Source of the DNA: Rhizaria sp. SCN 62-66
Taxonomy: Eukaryota
NCBI GenBank assembly: GCA_001724265.1
Contig: MEDY01000069.1
Location: 1-64,000 of the forward strand
Length of the DNA: 64,000 bases
Direction: 5' to 3'
Shown: one piece after another, positions 11,108 to 23,500 of the stretch
Position numbering within the stretch: the first letter of the stretch is position 1
Layout of the letters: each line of letters begins with the position of its first letter
Translations under genes and position numbers: made by a program
Notes under the pieces: model-generated
What the model was told of the DNA's origin: nothing
The model's input: only the letters and a program-made list of their open reading frames with translations
The model's database searches: none

Positions 11108-13130
11108 AGACGGCGACGGCAGCGGGGGTGGCAGCAGCGGGGGCGTCCGTGTCGACGGCGTCAGAGGCGACGAGCAAAGGCACGCCGTCGGCGTCAATCG
11201 TCGCCGCGGCCACACTCACCGCGCTCTTGGCGGCGGCAACAGGCGCCGACTTGCCGTCCTTCTTGGCAGCGACCTTGCCCTTGCCCTTGCCCTTGCCCTT
11301 GCCCTTCCCCTTGCCCTCGTCGTCACTGTCGACGAGCGATGCAAACACGGCGTCGGCTCGCTCGCGCGCGCGCTCCGCCCCCGCCTGCAGCGCGGCCAGC
11401 ACATCCTCGCCCAGCGCGTCGGCGTCGGCCGTGTCGGCGGGCACGCGCCCCGACAGGTCGTGCGTCGTGGGGTCCGCATTGTGCGCCAGCAGCAGCAACA
11501 CCACACGCTGCGCGTCGCGGAGCCGGGCCTCGTGCTCCGCCTGCTCCGCCGCGGCGCTGTCGACTTCGGCCTCGGGCGCGGACGCGGGCTCAGGCTCGCG
11601 CGGACCCAGGCCGAAGATGTCGGGGTCGTCGTGCTCGCCACGCGCCGCCTCGTCAACCACAGAGCACGCGATGTGCAGCGCGGTGGTCCCCGCGGCCGAC
11701 TGCTCGTTAACGAGCGCCGCGGTCGCCGCAGCCACCGCGTCCTCGGCCGCGGCCGGGCCGAAGAGCGACTGCCCAGACGTAGCGTCCGTGCCGGTCAAGC
11801 TCACGACGGCGGTCGCAGTCCCAGCGGGAGCCGCGGCGGCGGCCTTCTTGGCGGCGGCGGCGGCGGCGGCGGCGTTCTCGACGGAGCGGACGGCGCCGAC
11901 GATTTGCGCCACGGTGGCGAGGCTGCCGCTCTGGCACGCGCACATGAGCACCGAGAGCCCGTCGGCGTTGCTGCAGTGCAGCGACAGCGGGTGCGGCCGC
12001 CCGCTCATCGCGCCGCTGCCAAAACTATAGCCAGAGCCGGAGCCGGAGTTGGCGGACAGGGGCTGGCGCACTTTGGCCAGCGCGGCGACGGCGGCGACGA
12101 ACGAGGGCGTCCAGGCGGTGAGCTTGTCCACGAGAGCGCTCTGCGAGGCGTCGTCCTTCGGGGCGCGGGGTTCGGCGGCGAGGCGCTCGGCCTCGGCCAA
12201 CGCCGCACTGTCGTCGTCCCCAGCATCAGCATCGTCGCTGTCGCCAGTCTTGGTCTTGTTCTTGCTGTTGCTGGCGGCGGCGGTGTCGGCGGCGGCGGCG
12301 AGCGCGGCGGCGGCGGCGGCGGCGGCGGGATTAGCGCGCGCGTAAGCCTCTGCCTGGCGCTGGAGCTGCTCGAGCGAGGGCGGCGGCGTCGCACCCGCAG
12401 GCCCCAGCGCGTGCGCGGCCGCGGCCAGACGAAGCAAGTAGCGGACGACGTGGGTGCGGCCGGCCATGGCGGCGAACATGAGCACCGTGTCGCGGTTGCG
12501 GTTGCTGAGCGCCGTCTCGAACTGCGCCGTGGGCACGCGGGGCGCAATCTCGGAGAAGAGGAAGTGCAGCACCTCGAGGTGGCCCGCGGCCGCGGCGAGC
12601 ATCCACGCCGAGTTGCCGTTGTTAGTGCGCTGCAGCGAGTTGCAGCCGAGGCGCAGCAGCTCGAGCATCACGTCGACGTGGCCGTGGCGCGCGGCGATAA
12701 GGAACGGCGTGTGGCCGACCCCGTCCTCGGCGTCGGGGTGCAGCAGCGGCAGCGCCGTGCTGTCGAAGAGCGCGCGCACGGCCGGGGCGTTGCCAGCGAT
12801 GGTAATGGTGAAGAGGTAGGTCAGGCGGCGCGCGAGGTCGCGCACGTCCTCCTCGGGCATGCCGCCGTTGCCGGAGCCGTTGGAGCGGGAAACAACGCTA
12901 GAGCTACCGCGCGCGCCGGGGGTGACGAGGGATGCGTCAGCGCCCGCGGCGGAGGCGGAGTCAGGGCTGCTGTCGGCGCTGGGGTCGGCGCAAACGACCT
13001 TCTCGAGGTTCTTTTGTGTCTCGATGGCGGTCTTGCGGTCGACCAGCAGCGCGTTCTTGAGCACGTAGAAGTTGCTCTCGTCGTTGTCCGACGCCCGGGA
13101 GCCGGTGGAGGCGGAGGAAGGGTGCGACAT
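9813..13130 (-). CDS. Ankyrin-repeat protein with long Ala/Lys/Pro low-complexity region and C-terminal coiled coil (1105 aa)
   Basis: Ankyrin repeats GHTPFLIAARHGHVDVMLELL, GNSAWMLAAAAGHLEVLHFL, DTVLMFAAMAGRTHVVRYLL, GLSVLMCACQSG, GTTALHIAC, LLLAHNADP; start placed at ATG 13130 (MSHPSSAS) where coding-type composition begins. Confidence 0.8.
11041..11106. repeat. (GCAGGA)11 hexamer tandem repeat encoding (Pro-Ala)n in the ankyrin protein
   Basis: Perfect GCAGGA repeat read directly from the sequence; translates as PAPAPA... on the minus strand. Confidence 0.9.
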
Positions 13131-14110
13131 GGGGCGGACGCAGTCACTGGGCGGCGGAGCGGGGCGGGCGGTGCGCAGCGGTCGGGGGAGCGGGCACTGC
13201 GGAGGGCTGGAGAGGGGTGGCGCAAAGCGAGTAGTGCGCTGCGCTGCTGTAAAGCCTGGAAAAAGCGGTGGTAGAAGGATATGTGCAGGCCGTGAGAGTT
13301 GGGGACCGAGAGCGAACGATATTGGGATTGGCCGAAGAGCCGGTTGAGACGTGGGCGGTAGGTCGTCTTGCATCCGAGAATTTCAGGGGTATAATTCAAG
13401 TAGTCAGAATATTCTTTTACAATTGTATCAATTAAGAAGTCTAAAATTCGTTTGCAGTTGCACATCCGTATCCTGACGACAAATTCAGGCCTACCGGCTT
13501 AACTGCGCAAGCGAAACCTGGGCCTGCAAGCCGATTCCCAACGGAAGGCTGCTGTGTGTGCTTGCTTGCAACAAGTCAGGTTAGAGTTTTATCACTGAAG
13601 ACATAAAACTAGGATAACAAAGTTCAGCGGAAACACAGTTCACATATCTTGTTATCATGTTTGATTGCTATCCTTATAGAGTTGTAAAAAGACACAATGG
13701 CTTTATTCTGCATGCTTTATCCGCATAAATTAAACACGAGCCGACAAATCAAAATCTTCCCGACACAGCCGTCGCCCTTTGTGCGTAGCAGACGCCCGCC
13801 ACCGCCATTGCCGTCGTCGCCGCCGACAACAGTGAGTGCCGCTCGTCACCAACACAAAACCGCAACAAAAAACAACCACATTGTTCCGTTGGTGTTGTTA
13901 TTCCCCCTTCCCCTTTACCCTCTTCAAATCCGTCTATCTCCTTCTTGTAGTAGTTATTAATTAATTAGCTCTTTGCTTAATACTATCATAACTTACGTTG
14001 CCTCCCGTCATGATCTGTGCATCATATCGCATCGTACAGCACGGCATCGCCGCGCACCTCGAGCGCTCGATGGACACAAGACACAAGCAAAGTTGAAGCT
14101 GTTGCTTTGC

Positions 14111-16536
14111 TTACTCGAGCTCGATGATGAGCTGGTCAGCGGCCACAGTGTCACCCTTCTTGGCGTGGACGGCCTTGACGGTGGCGGGCTTGACGGCGCG
14201 GATGCTGTTCTGCATCTTCATGGCCTCAATGACCATGAGCTCCTGGCCACCGACGACCTTGTCGCCGGGCTTGACGTTGAGCGAGAAGATGGAGCCGGGC
14301 ATGGGCGACATAATGGTCTTGGTCAGGTCCACGACCTCGCGGACGGGCATCAGGGGCTTGAGCGCGGCCTCGACCCAGGTGTTGACGGAGAAGTTGTACT
14401 GCGAGCCCATGAAGCCGAGCTGGATGTCGGCGCCGTTGTTCTTGACCGTGACGGCCTGGAGCGTGTGGTACTGCTCGCTGTCGTTGACGCGGAGGTCGAA
14501 CACCGTGTGCGAGGGGTCGTAATTGGTGGCGAAGGACACCTCGGTCATGCCCTCGTCGGAACTGGGGAATGCGTTGACGGAGGGGATCTCGATGTAGGAG
14601 AAGTCGCCGTTCTTGAGCGTAGGGTTCACGCTGCCGGGGACGCAGAAGAAGTAGCGGTCCTTGCCCTCGAGCGTGGCCGTGACGACGAGGTTGTGCGCGT
14701 TGGCCTCGAACGCGCGGCTCGCGGCGGCGGGGGTGAGGATCTTGTTGCCGAGCGTGGACTTGGTGATGGCCTTGAGGGCGACGACGAGCGCGCCGGAGAT
14801 GAGGGCGGTGAACTCGCTGTCGGTGACCTTGTGACCCGTGAAGCCGTGGGGGAAGTTGTCAGCGATGAAGTTGGTGGTGAGCTGGCCCGCCACGAACTTG
14901 GGGTGCTGCATCACCTCGCGGAGGAAGCAGATGTTGTGCGACAGGCCCTGGATGACGGTGGCGTCGAGCGAGCGCTCCATGTGCGCCAGCGCCTCCTTGC
15001 GGGTCGGCGCGTGCGTGATGACCTTGGCGAGCAGCGAGTCGTAGTGGATCGAGATCTTGTCGCCCTCGACGAAGCCCAGGTCGACGCGCGTGTCGGTGGG
15101 GGGCTCGAAGCGGGTGAGCGTGCCGATCGAGGGCAGGAAGTCATTGAGCGGGTCCTCGGCGCACACGCGGGTCTCGACGGACCAGCCATTGATCTTGATG
15201 TCGTCCTGGACCATGGGCAGCGGAAGGCCGGCGGCGACGCGGATCTGCTGCTCGACGAGGTCAAGACCGGAGATCATCTCGGTGATGGGGTGCTCGACCT
15301 GGAGACGCGTGTTCATCTCCAGGTAGTAGTGCTGGCCGTCCTTGCCCATGAGGAACTCGACGGTGCCGGCGTTCTCATAGCCGGAGATCTTGGCCAGCGC
15401 CACGGCCTCGGCGCCGATGCGCGCGCGCTGCTCGGGTGTGAGGAACGTCGACGGGGCCTCCTCGACGAGCTTCTGGTTGCGGCGCTGCACGGAGCACTCA
15501 CGCTCGTGGATGAAGACGGCGTTGCCGTGGGAGTCGCCCAAGACCTGGAACTCGATGTGGCGGGGGTCCTCGATGAACTTCTCGACGAGCATGACGGACG
15601 AGTTGAAGGCCGTGCGGGCCTCGTTGAGCGAGAGGCGGTAGCCGGAGCGGCACTCCTCGTCGTTGTTGGCACGGCGCATGCCCTTGCCACCGCCACCGTG
15701 GGCGGCCTTGACCATGACAGGGTAGCCGATCTTGTTGGCGACCTCGAGGAGGTGCTCCTCGTCCTTGATGGCGCCGATGAAGCCGGGGATGGGCTTCACG
15801 TGGGCCTTCTCGGCGACCGACTTGGCGGCGATCTTGTCGGCCATCTGCTTGATCGTCTCGTGGCGGGGGCCGACGAACTTGATGCCGGCGTTGTGCAGGC
15901 TCTCGGCGAAGGCAGCGTTCTCGGAGAGGAAGCCGTAGCCGGGGTGGACGGCGTTGGCGCCGGTCAGCTTGCAGGCCGCGAGGATGCGCTCGGGGAGCAG
16001 GTACGACTGCAGGGCAGGCGCGGGGCCGATGCAGATGGCCTCATCAGCGAGCTTGACGTGCTGAGACTGTGGGTGAGACAAGCGTCACCCAGCACGAGGT
16101 GGAAGTTGAAGTGATCGAGCGAGGCGGGCAAGGGGGATATGACCAGAGCCAAGATGAGCGACAAAAAAAGGATATGCGTAGAACAAAGAAGGAGTTGCAT
16201 GGGAAAAAAGAAAATGTGAGGTGAGAAAGAGGTCTTAATCTACCACGGTATGAGTGTCAATGAGTCAGAAAGAGCTTATAAAGGTGTAAAAATGAGATTT
16301 GAAGCGTGGGAAGAACGTACGTTGGCATCGGCCTCGGAGTAGACGGCAACGGTCTTGATGCCGAGCTTCTTGCAGGTGCGGAAGATGCGGCAAGCAATCT
16401 CACCACGGTTGGCAACGAGGAGCTTGTTGAAGAGGGGCTTGCCGGTCTCGGAGGAGAACTGGCGAGTCACGGCGACCTGGGCGGAGCGAACAAGCTGCAC
16501 AGCAGACTTGGCAGCACCCTTGCTCGAAGAAAGCAT
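14111..16536 (-). CDS. PCCA: Propionyl-CoA carboxylase alpha chain, mitochondrial (2 exons: 16536-16321, 16066-14111; 723 aa)
   Basis: Presequence then [13 protein letters not shown]; splice join gives [66 protein letters not shown], biotin site [17 protein letters not shown] and HNICFLR favour PCCA over MCCA. Confidence 0.9.
16067..16320 (-). other. GT-AG spliceosomal intron in PCCA (254 nt, phase 0)
   Basis: Donor AAC|GTACGT at 16320, acceptor CCCACAG|TCT at 16067; removal restores the conserved biotin-carboxylase N-terminus. Confidence 0.9.
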
Positions 16537-17560
16537 CGTGTCCTACCGCGGGCGACAACAAAGATGGCAAGAACAAAAACAGAAAGATTCACACATGAAC
16601 GACCTGTACCAACAATTCAATGCATATTCCTATCCCCACTGCAGCGCTTTGGCCCGTCCCCAAACTCATTTGGACTGCCACACAAAGATCTGTTCCGTCA
16701 CCCTGCATATCACGTGCGATTCAAGCCGCGTCCACAAACTCCCAACAGACAAACCAACATAACATCAAACACAGCAACTCCCAATCTTTCATCAGCACCC
16801 GTTTCCAGGCCTGAACAACTTGTACATACCCTCATAAAACACGCCTTACAAACTATTCTTTTCGCCAGTTCTCCATCCCGCCACAGCCCTGAGAGCTCGG
16901 TCGGCCCTCCCGAGAAAAAGTAAGGGGGCCGCTCACGGTCGCCAGCTCTGTCTCACTCGCCCTCGATCCCAACGGCTCTCTGTGGACTGGCTGAGCCTTC
17001 TGTTGGTCTCATGCGAAGGTAGAAAAGTGGAACTCTCTCCTTCGAGTGTTTACGGATTTAAACGGTATTATCACATTGAGTTTATCAAGGTTATTTTCAT
17101 GCCAATATTTTAAATTTATCTGCTCGGACGGTTCGGATGAGTCGTAGGCTTTCAAGTTCACGACTGCACCATTGAATTGCACCACGACGTTGAGTATTTG
17201 AATTTTACTCTGCGAAGAGACGCCCACAGAGCATCGAAACGCACATATCAGAGCAAATCACTTAGAACTCACTTGTTTATTGTCTGTCCTTTTCAATTTT
17301 ATTTGATTCATCGGCGTTTGCGCGTGCTGCAGGGTCACGTAGGTGAGCCCCAACCCCCAACCCCCAACTTCTCTGTTCGTTTGAAGCGCACAAACAGCCG
17401 CTCTCACCAGCCGCCGTTGTCGTCGTCGTCTTCAGCCCACACGAGGCGCGTTCCCCCCCTTTCTAGCTTTTTTTTAGCAACTCCTCGTCTGGAGCAGCCA
17501 ACGCTGGCCCCCGCTTGTGTCGCTGCCGACGCTGGTCGTTGTTGCTTGTATAGACTGCTA

Positions 17561-20500
17561 ATGCCGCTCTCCCGCCCCCGCCCCGCCCGCGGGTGTCTGC
17601 TGCTCCGGCAGCTGCTTGCGCTCGCGGTGCTCGTATGCGCCGCGGCGCTACTGCCTATGGTATCCGCACAGGACCCGACGCTGGGCACGAGCTCGAACCC
17701 AATCAAGTTCGGCGTGTCGGCCTCGATGTCCAACGCAGAAGTCACAGCCGTGCAGAACTTTTTCGACACGTTCAAGCTAGACTCATTCTACGTCAACGCC
17801 GTGCGCTCCACGGACCAGATCTCGGGCCTCCAGTCCGGTTTGCTTGACGTCTCAGTTCTCGACGCCGCGCAGGGTTACCTCGCCTGGCGCCGCTTCGCCC
17901 ACCAGGTGCGTCTTACATCCTTAACTTTCGACGAGATATGTCGTATATGTGTGAGCGGTAGAAGCTCAGACTGTGCATTCTGTTACGATTTAACTTGATT
18001 TATCTAATTCCACTAAACCTATTTCGTAAATCCTACATTGTGCCTCGCTGCATATCTTTTGTTTTATTCCTGACTGACTCTTCAGGTCGTGGTGGTTGAG
18101 GGCGCGTCTCAGTCCGCTGGCGGCACCTCCTACACCAGCCAGATCCTCACCCGAGCGGCCACCGGCATCACTTCCTTTGCCGGCCTCGCCAGCACCTCGG
18201 TCTGCGCGCCACAGTTTTTCGGAACCGACATGCTGATGGCCTTCCACTACGGCGTCTCGACGGGCGCCATCACCACGGTCGCGGCCACTGGCGCCACTGC
18301 GCAGAACGTGCGCGTCGACGCCTGCCAGTCTTCCTTCGCCAACTCCATGCGTGGCTTCCTCACCGCGGGCGCGTGTCTGGCCCCCGCGGCCGCCGACCAG
18401 GCCTCGCAGTGCTCCGCCTGCGGGCTGGACACTCTGCTACCCACGGCCGGCTCCTCGGCCGCCACGGCCGGCGCGTGCGACACGGCGCTGCGCACCTACA
18501 CGGGCCGCTCCTCCGCGCTCCAGCGCCTGTCCGAGGGCGTGTGCGGCGCGGCGCTCATACGCGACTCGACCTACCAGCGGCTCTGCGTCGACCCCGTGAC
18601 GGCGAACCTGGCGGCGCCGTCGTGGTGCCCCGAGGTCGGGCCGTCGTTCTTCTCCGTCGTGTCGGCGGGCGGCGTGGGCGGGCTGGGCACGTTCCCCACC
18701 AACGTCATGATGATCCGCCAGTCCTCGCTCTCGGCTTCGATGCTCACCACGCTCTACACCGTCCTCCGCGGCGGCAACTCTAACCCCGCGCTGCTGACGG
18801 CGCTGCAATGGTCCGGCATCACCGCGCCCGGCTCCACCGTCGGCACCGTGGGCCCCATCGCAAACTACGGCACCAACGTCGCCTCGCAGACGCACTTTGC
18901 GCAGTCGGGCTTTGACACGGCCATGTCCGCCGTCGCGGGCGTCGCCGAGTTTGTCTCGTGCACGGGCTGCACGGTCGCCACGCCGCTGTGCGTGCGCGGC
19001 GAGTCGGCCGCTTTCCCGCTGCGCCTCGCGCTGCCCGTGTCGCTTTCGGACACGGCGTCGGTGGCCGCGTTCGACCAGTACTTCGCATACCTTCGCGACG
19101 CCAACTTCACGTCGCCGCCCATCTACATGGTGGGCGTGGCGCCCGAGCTCAACACCATGGAGGCGCTCGAGCTGCGGCAGGCCGACATCGCGTGGCTCGA
19201 CGGCGCGCAGGCCTACCTGGGCTACGCCAAGTTCGGCCACGTCGCGCTTGCCATGGAGCAGGTCATCGACAACCGCACGGGCACGCCCACGGTCGCCACT
19301 TCTTACGCCGCGTCAGTCTTCGCCACCTCGAGCGTTGCCGCCGCCATTGGCAGCTCGTTCGCCGCGCTCAAGACCCAGTCCGCGTGCCACGGCGCGCTTC
19401 TGTCGCTCAACTCACTCACGGCCTTCGCGGTCGGACTGGCCAACCCCACGACGACGCTCATGACCTACACGCCCAACTCAAACCCGCTCAAGTCGTCGTT
19501 GGGCCAGACGCTCGAGTCGTGCCGCTCGCCCGTGCTCGACGTCGCGACCTCGTTCTTTGCCACCGCGTCGTGCGCGCCGCCGCTGTCCGCGGGCCAGGTT
19601 TCGCAGTGCGACTCGTGCACGGCGGCGTGCACCGGCGACAGCATCTACGGCCGCCACTTCGGCGCCGTGCGCGGGCTCGCCGAGTCCGCCTGCGCCGTCG
19701 CCTTCGCGCGCGAGTTAACTTACGACGAGTGGTGCGGCTCCAGTCCCATCGGCGGCTCAGTCGCATCGTGGTGCGCCTCCGCGGTCAACCGCACGGTGAC
19801 CAAGGCGGCGCTGTCATTGGGCACGATGCCGTCGGACGCCTTCATGGCGCGCCCGGCGATCCTGCCCACGACGCTGACGCCCGTGCTGCCGACCGCGATC
19901 GCGCTTCTGTCGACGAACCAGTACCTGTCGATCAACGCGCTCCCGCAGTTCGGCTACCGCGGCATTGTCGCCGCGGCCGCCGTCAGCGCCACCACCACGG
20001 CGACCCACCTGGCCAACGCGGCGACAGTGATCACGGGCACTGTGGGCGGCCCCGCATCGCTGGCGGCCACCGACCAGCCCGCGCTGACTGACGGCTACCC
20101 CGTCTGCGGCACCGTCACGGCTTCGGGGCTCGGCGCGACTGAGAGCAACCCGCTCAAGGTCGCCGTGCCCGTGGGCGCCGACACCGAGGCTCTCGCGGCG
20201 CTGAGCCGGTGGATGACGGCCACGCGCACGCTACAGGCGACGTCGCAGCCGGTCTTCATGTCCTCAGTCCCGCTCAAGGGCGCGGGCGCGGTCGTTGGCA
20301 GCGTCACCACCGGCGTCACCGGCGCCGCGCTTGACGCGCTGCGCAACGCCAAGGTCGACGCCGTGCTGGTCGACGCCGCGACGGCGTGGATGGGCTGGCA
20401 GCGCTTCGGCTTCCGCGTTATTGCCGTGGAGCAGCGCGTGACGGCGCTCAACCCGTCGGACGCGACCGACTCGCTTGCGGCCTCGCGCCCTGTCATGCTC

Positions 20501-23500
20501 GTCAAGTCGTCCTCCACCAACAGCTCCAGCACGGGCCCCACGTTCGCGTCACTGCGCGGCAAGCGGCTGTGCTCGGGCACCTTCACCTCGGCCAACACTT
20601 GGCTCGTCGCCGCCTGGGCCAAGCTCAACAACGCCACCACGGGCTTCGGCGTCACGCCAACTGGGTGGAACTCGGCTGTGAACTACGTGCCCGACGCATG
20701 CAACGCCGACGTGTACACCGACACGGCGTCCTTTTTCTCAGGTGGCCTGTGCGCGCCGCCGATGACCGAGGGCGAGGTGGGCACGTGCCAGACCTGCCCG
20801 TCGGGCGTGACGTCGTGCTCGATGCAGAGCGAGTACGCCGGCAACGAGGGTGCGCTCAAGGGCCTCGTCGACGGCGTCTGCGACGTTGCGCTCGTCCGCT
20901 CCGACACCTACACCAGCGCCTGCGCCTACACCACGACGGTCCTGCCCACGGGCGTGTCAGTCACCACGCGCCCGTCCTGGTGCCCCGACGAGGGCCAGCT
21001 CGCCGCCGTGTCCGACTTCGCCGCCGCGGCCGCGACCGTGGGCCGCGCTCCCACGCGCGCGTGGATGGTGCGCGCCAACTCGCTCTCCGACGCCGTCGCC
21101 GCGGGTTTCATGCAGGCCGTGGTCGCGATGGGCGACTTCCCCGACGTTGCCGACGTGTACCAGCTCACCTCAGTCGCGCCCGTCTACTCCGCGCCCGGCT
21201 CTACCACGGCGCTCACCCCCGGGTCCGAGCTGGCCACGTCGACGCACCTGACGCTGCTCTCGCAGTCGGGCGTCTTCACCTCCGTGCCGGCCATCACGCC
21301 CTACACGTCGTGCTCGACCGCGGCCTACACGCCCTACTGCGTGGCCGCCGTGCCCGACACGTGTCGCAACAAGGGCTCATCGGCGCTGTCCCCGATCCAC
21401 TTCGCGCTGCCCGTGTCGGCGTGGACTGCCGAGGGCGTGGCGTTGTTCCAGGACTACTTCGACCGCCGTGTCGCCACCGCGCTCGCCAACAACGCCGCCG
21501 CGACATACATCAAGGCCATCATCGTGCGCGACGTCGCTGGCGCGCTGGGCAACTCGCTCGAGGCGCTGGTGCGCCAGCTCGTTGACGTCGTCGCGCTCGA
21601 CCCCATCCCGGCCTACCTGGGCTGGCAGCGCTACGGCCACCAGGTGATTATGCAGGAGCTGACACAGCTCACCGAGGCGCGCTCCTACCGCGTCACGCCT
21701 TGGGTGCGGCCCGACTCGGGCTACACCACCTTCGCCAGCCTGCGCGGCGCTGTCTCGTGCCACGGGTCCTACCTCTCCTTCCCCGCGCTCGGCGCAGTGG
21801 CGTTCGGCCTCAACAACTGGCGGAGCACGAGCTTCAACGTCACCGCGTCCGACTCGCCGGCCACGGCGCCCGTGTCGGTGGCCGCGCTGGCCACCAAGGC
21901 CGTCGACGCCTGTGACGCCGACGCGCGTGAGCTGCTCGCGGGCTACTTCGGCCGCTCCTGCGCCGCGCCCGACTCGGTGGGCCGCGCGGGCCTCTGCGAG
22001 AGCTGTCCCACGATGACGGACCGCGGCATCACGTGCGACCTGTCCAACGCCTACGCGGGCCCCTGGGGCGCAATGCGCGCGCTGGCCGAGGGCGTGTGCG
22101 ACGTCGCCTTCGCGCGCGAGTCCTCCTGGGTCGACATCTGCGGCGGCGGCAACTCGGAGCCGCCCGCGTGGTGCCCCGCCACACCGCTCGTGGCCATCAC
22201 GCACGACACGGACCCGCTGATCCCGGCCGCGACCGGCCTCGCGCTGGCGCCGGGCCACGCGCTCATGGTGCGCCCCAACTCGCTCTCGGACACGGCGCTG
22301 CAGGGCCTGTACGGCGCGCTGGTGGGGCTCAACTCGAATCAGACGCTGCTGCGCATGTTCCGCTTCCCGCGCGGACTGGCCCCGCCGATCGACGGCCAGG
22401 TCGCCACCGAGGCCGGCACGTCGCTCGCACTGAGCCCCGTGGCACCCGCGATCGCGGTCGTGCCGGGCATTGCGCAGTTCATTGCGCAGACCACCGCGCA
22501 GCTCCCGCCCGAGACGTGCCAGTCCGTCCCCGGGCTCGGCCGCTCGGGCTCGCGGCCCACGACCACGACGTCGACCACGACGACCTCGGCTGCGGGGCTG
22601 CTGTCCTTCACGCGCGCCACCGCTACCCCCGCGCTCGGCGGCGGCCCGGCCAACGCGCTGCGCTTCGCCGTGCCCGGGTCCGTGGACCTGGCTGTTCTGC
22701 GCGAGTTCCAGGCGTACTGGGACTCGGTGGCAGATGTGTCGGGACTCTACGTGCAGGCCGTCACGGGCGTCAACTCGGCCACCGCGCTCGAGGCCGGCGA
22801 CACCGACGTCGTGTTCCTCGACGCCTCGGCCGGGCTCATGGCCAACGTGCGCTATGGACACCAGATTGTGGCCGTCGAGGCCGATTACGAGGTGACGTCG
22901 CGCTACACGACCAACCTGACGACGACGCTTAGCAGCGGCGCCGTGGTGCGTAACGAGACTGAGGTTGTGGACGCCATCGTGTACACGCGCGCGGGCTCGG
23001 GCGCGTGGGCTCTCGCGTCAGAGCAGCCCGTCTTTGGGCTCTACAGCTGGAGCGACCTCCGCGGCTCGCGCGTGTGCATCCCCGAGATGCTGTCCTCCTC
23101 GGGCACCGTGCTGCCGCTGATCAACGGGCTCAGCAACGAGATGAACTTCACCACGCTCGCGCAGCCCACTGTACCGGACACGACGCCGATCAACAACACT
23201 GTGCTCGACGCCTGCAACTCGCCCATCGTCAATGGCTACCGCAACTTCTTCGGCGCCGTGTGTGCGCCGCCGTCGGTGGCGGGCGAGGCCGGCGTGTGCG
23301 ACCTGTGCTCTGCCAGCGGCACCTCGATCAACATCGCCGCGTCCGCCTCGGCCTCGCTCAACGTGTCCTCGCCGACCTGCGACGCGTCCAACCTGCACGC
23401 GGGCGAGCGCGGCGCGCTGCTTGGCCTTTCGACACGCGTGTGCCAGGTCGCTTTCATGCGCAACGACACGGTGAACCGCTTCTGCGACCCCGTATACCAC

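Noticed and set aside
11041-11315. Short tandem repeats as CRISPR or mobile-element repeats
   Set aside because: No spacers; they are coding microsatellites (PA, GK repeats) in a eukaryotic gene.
9675-13274. 1199-aa plus-strand ORF antisense to the ankyrin gene
   Set aside because: Mirror ORF expected from GC3-biased codons (few TCA/TTA/CTA on the sense strand); Arg/Gly-rich translation with no motifs.
13973-16114. 713-aa plus-strand ORF antisense to PCCA
   Set aside because: Antisense shadow of a strongly biased conserved gene.
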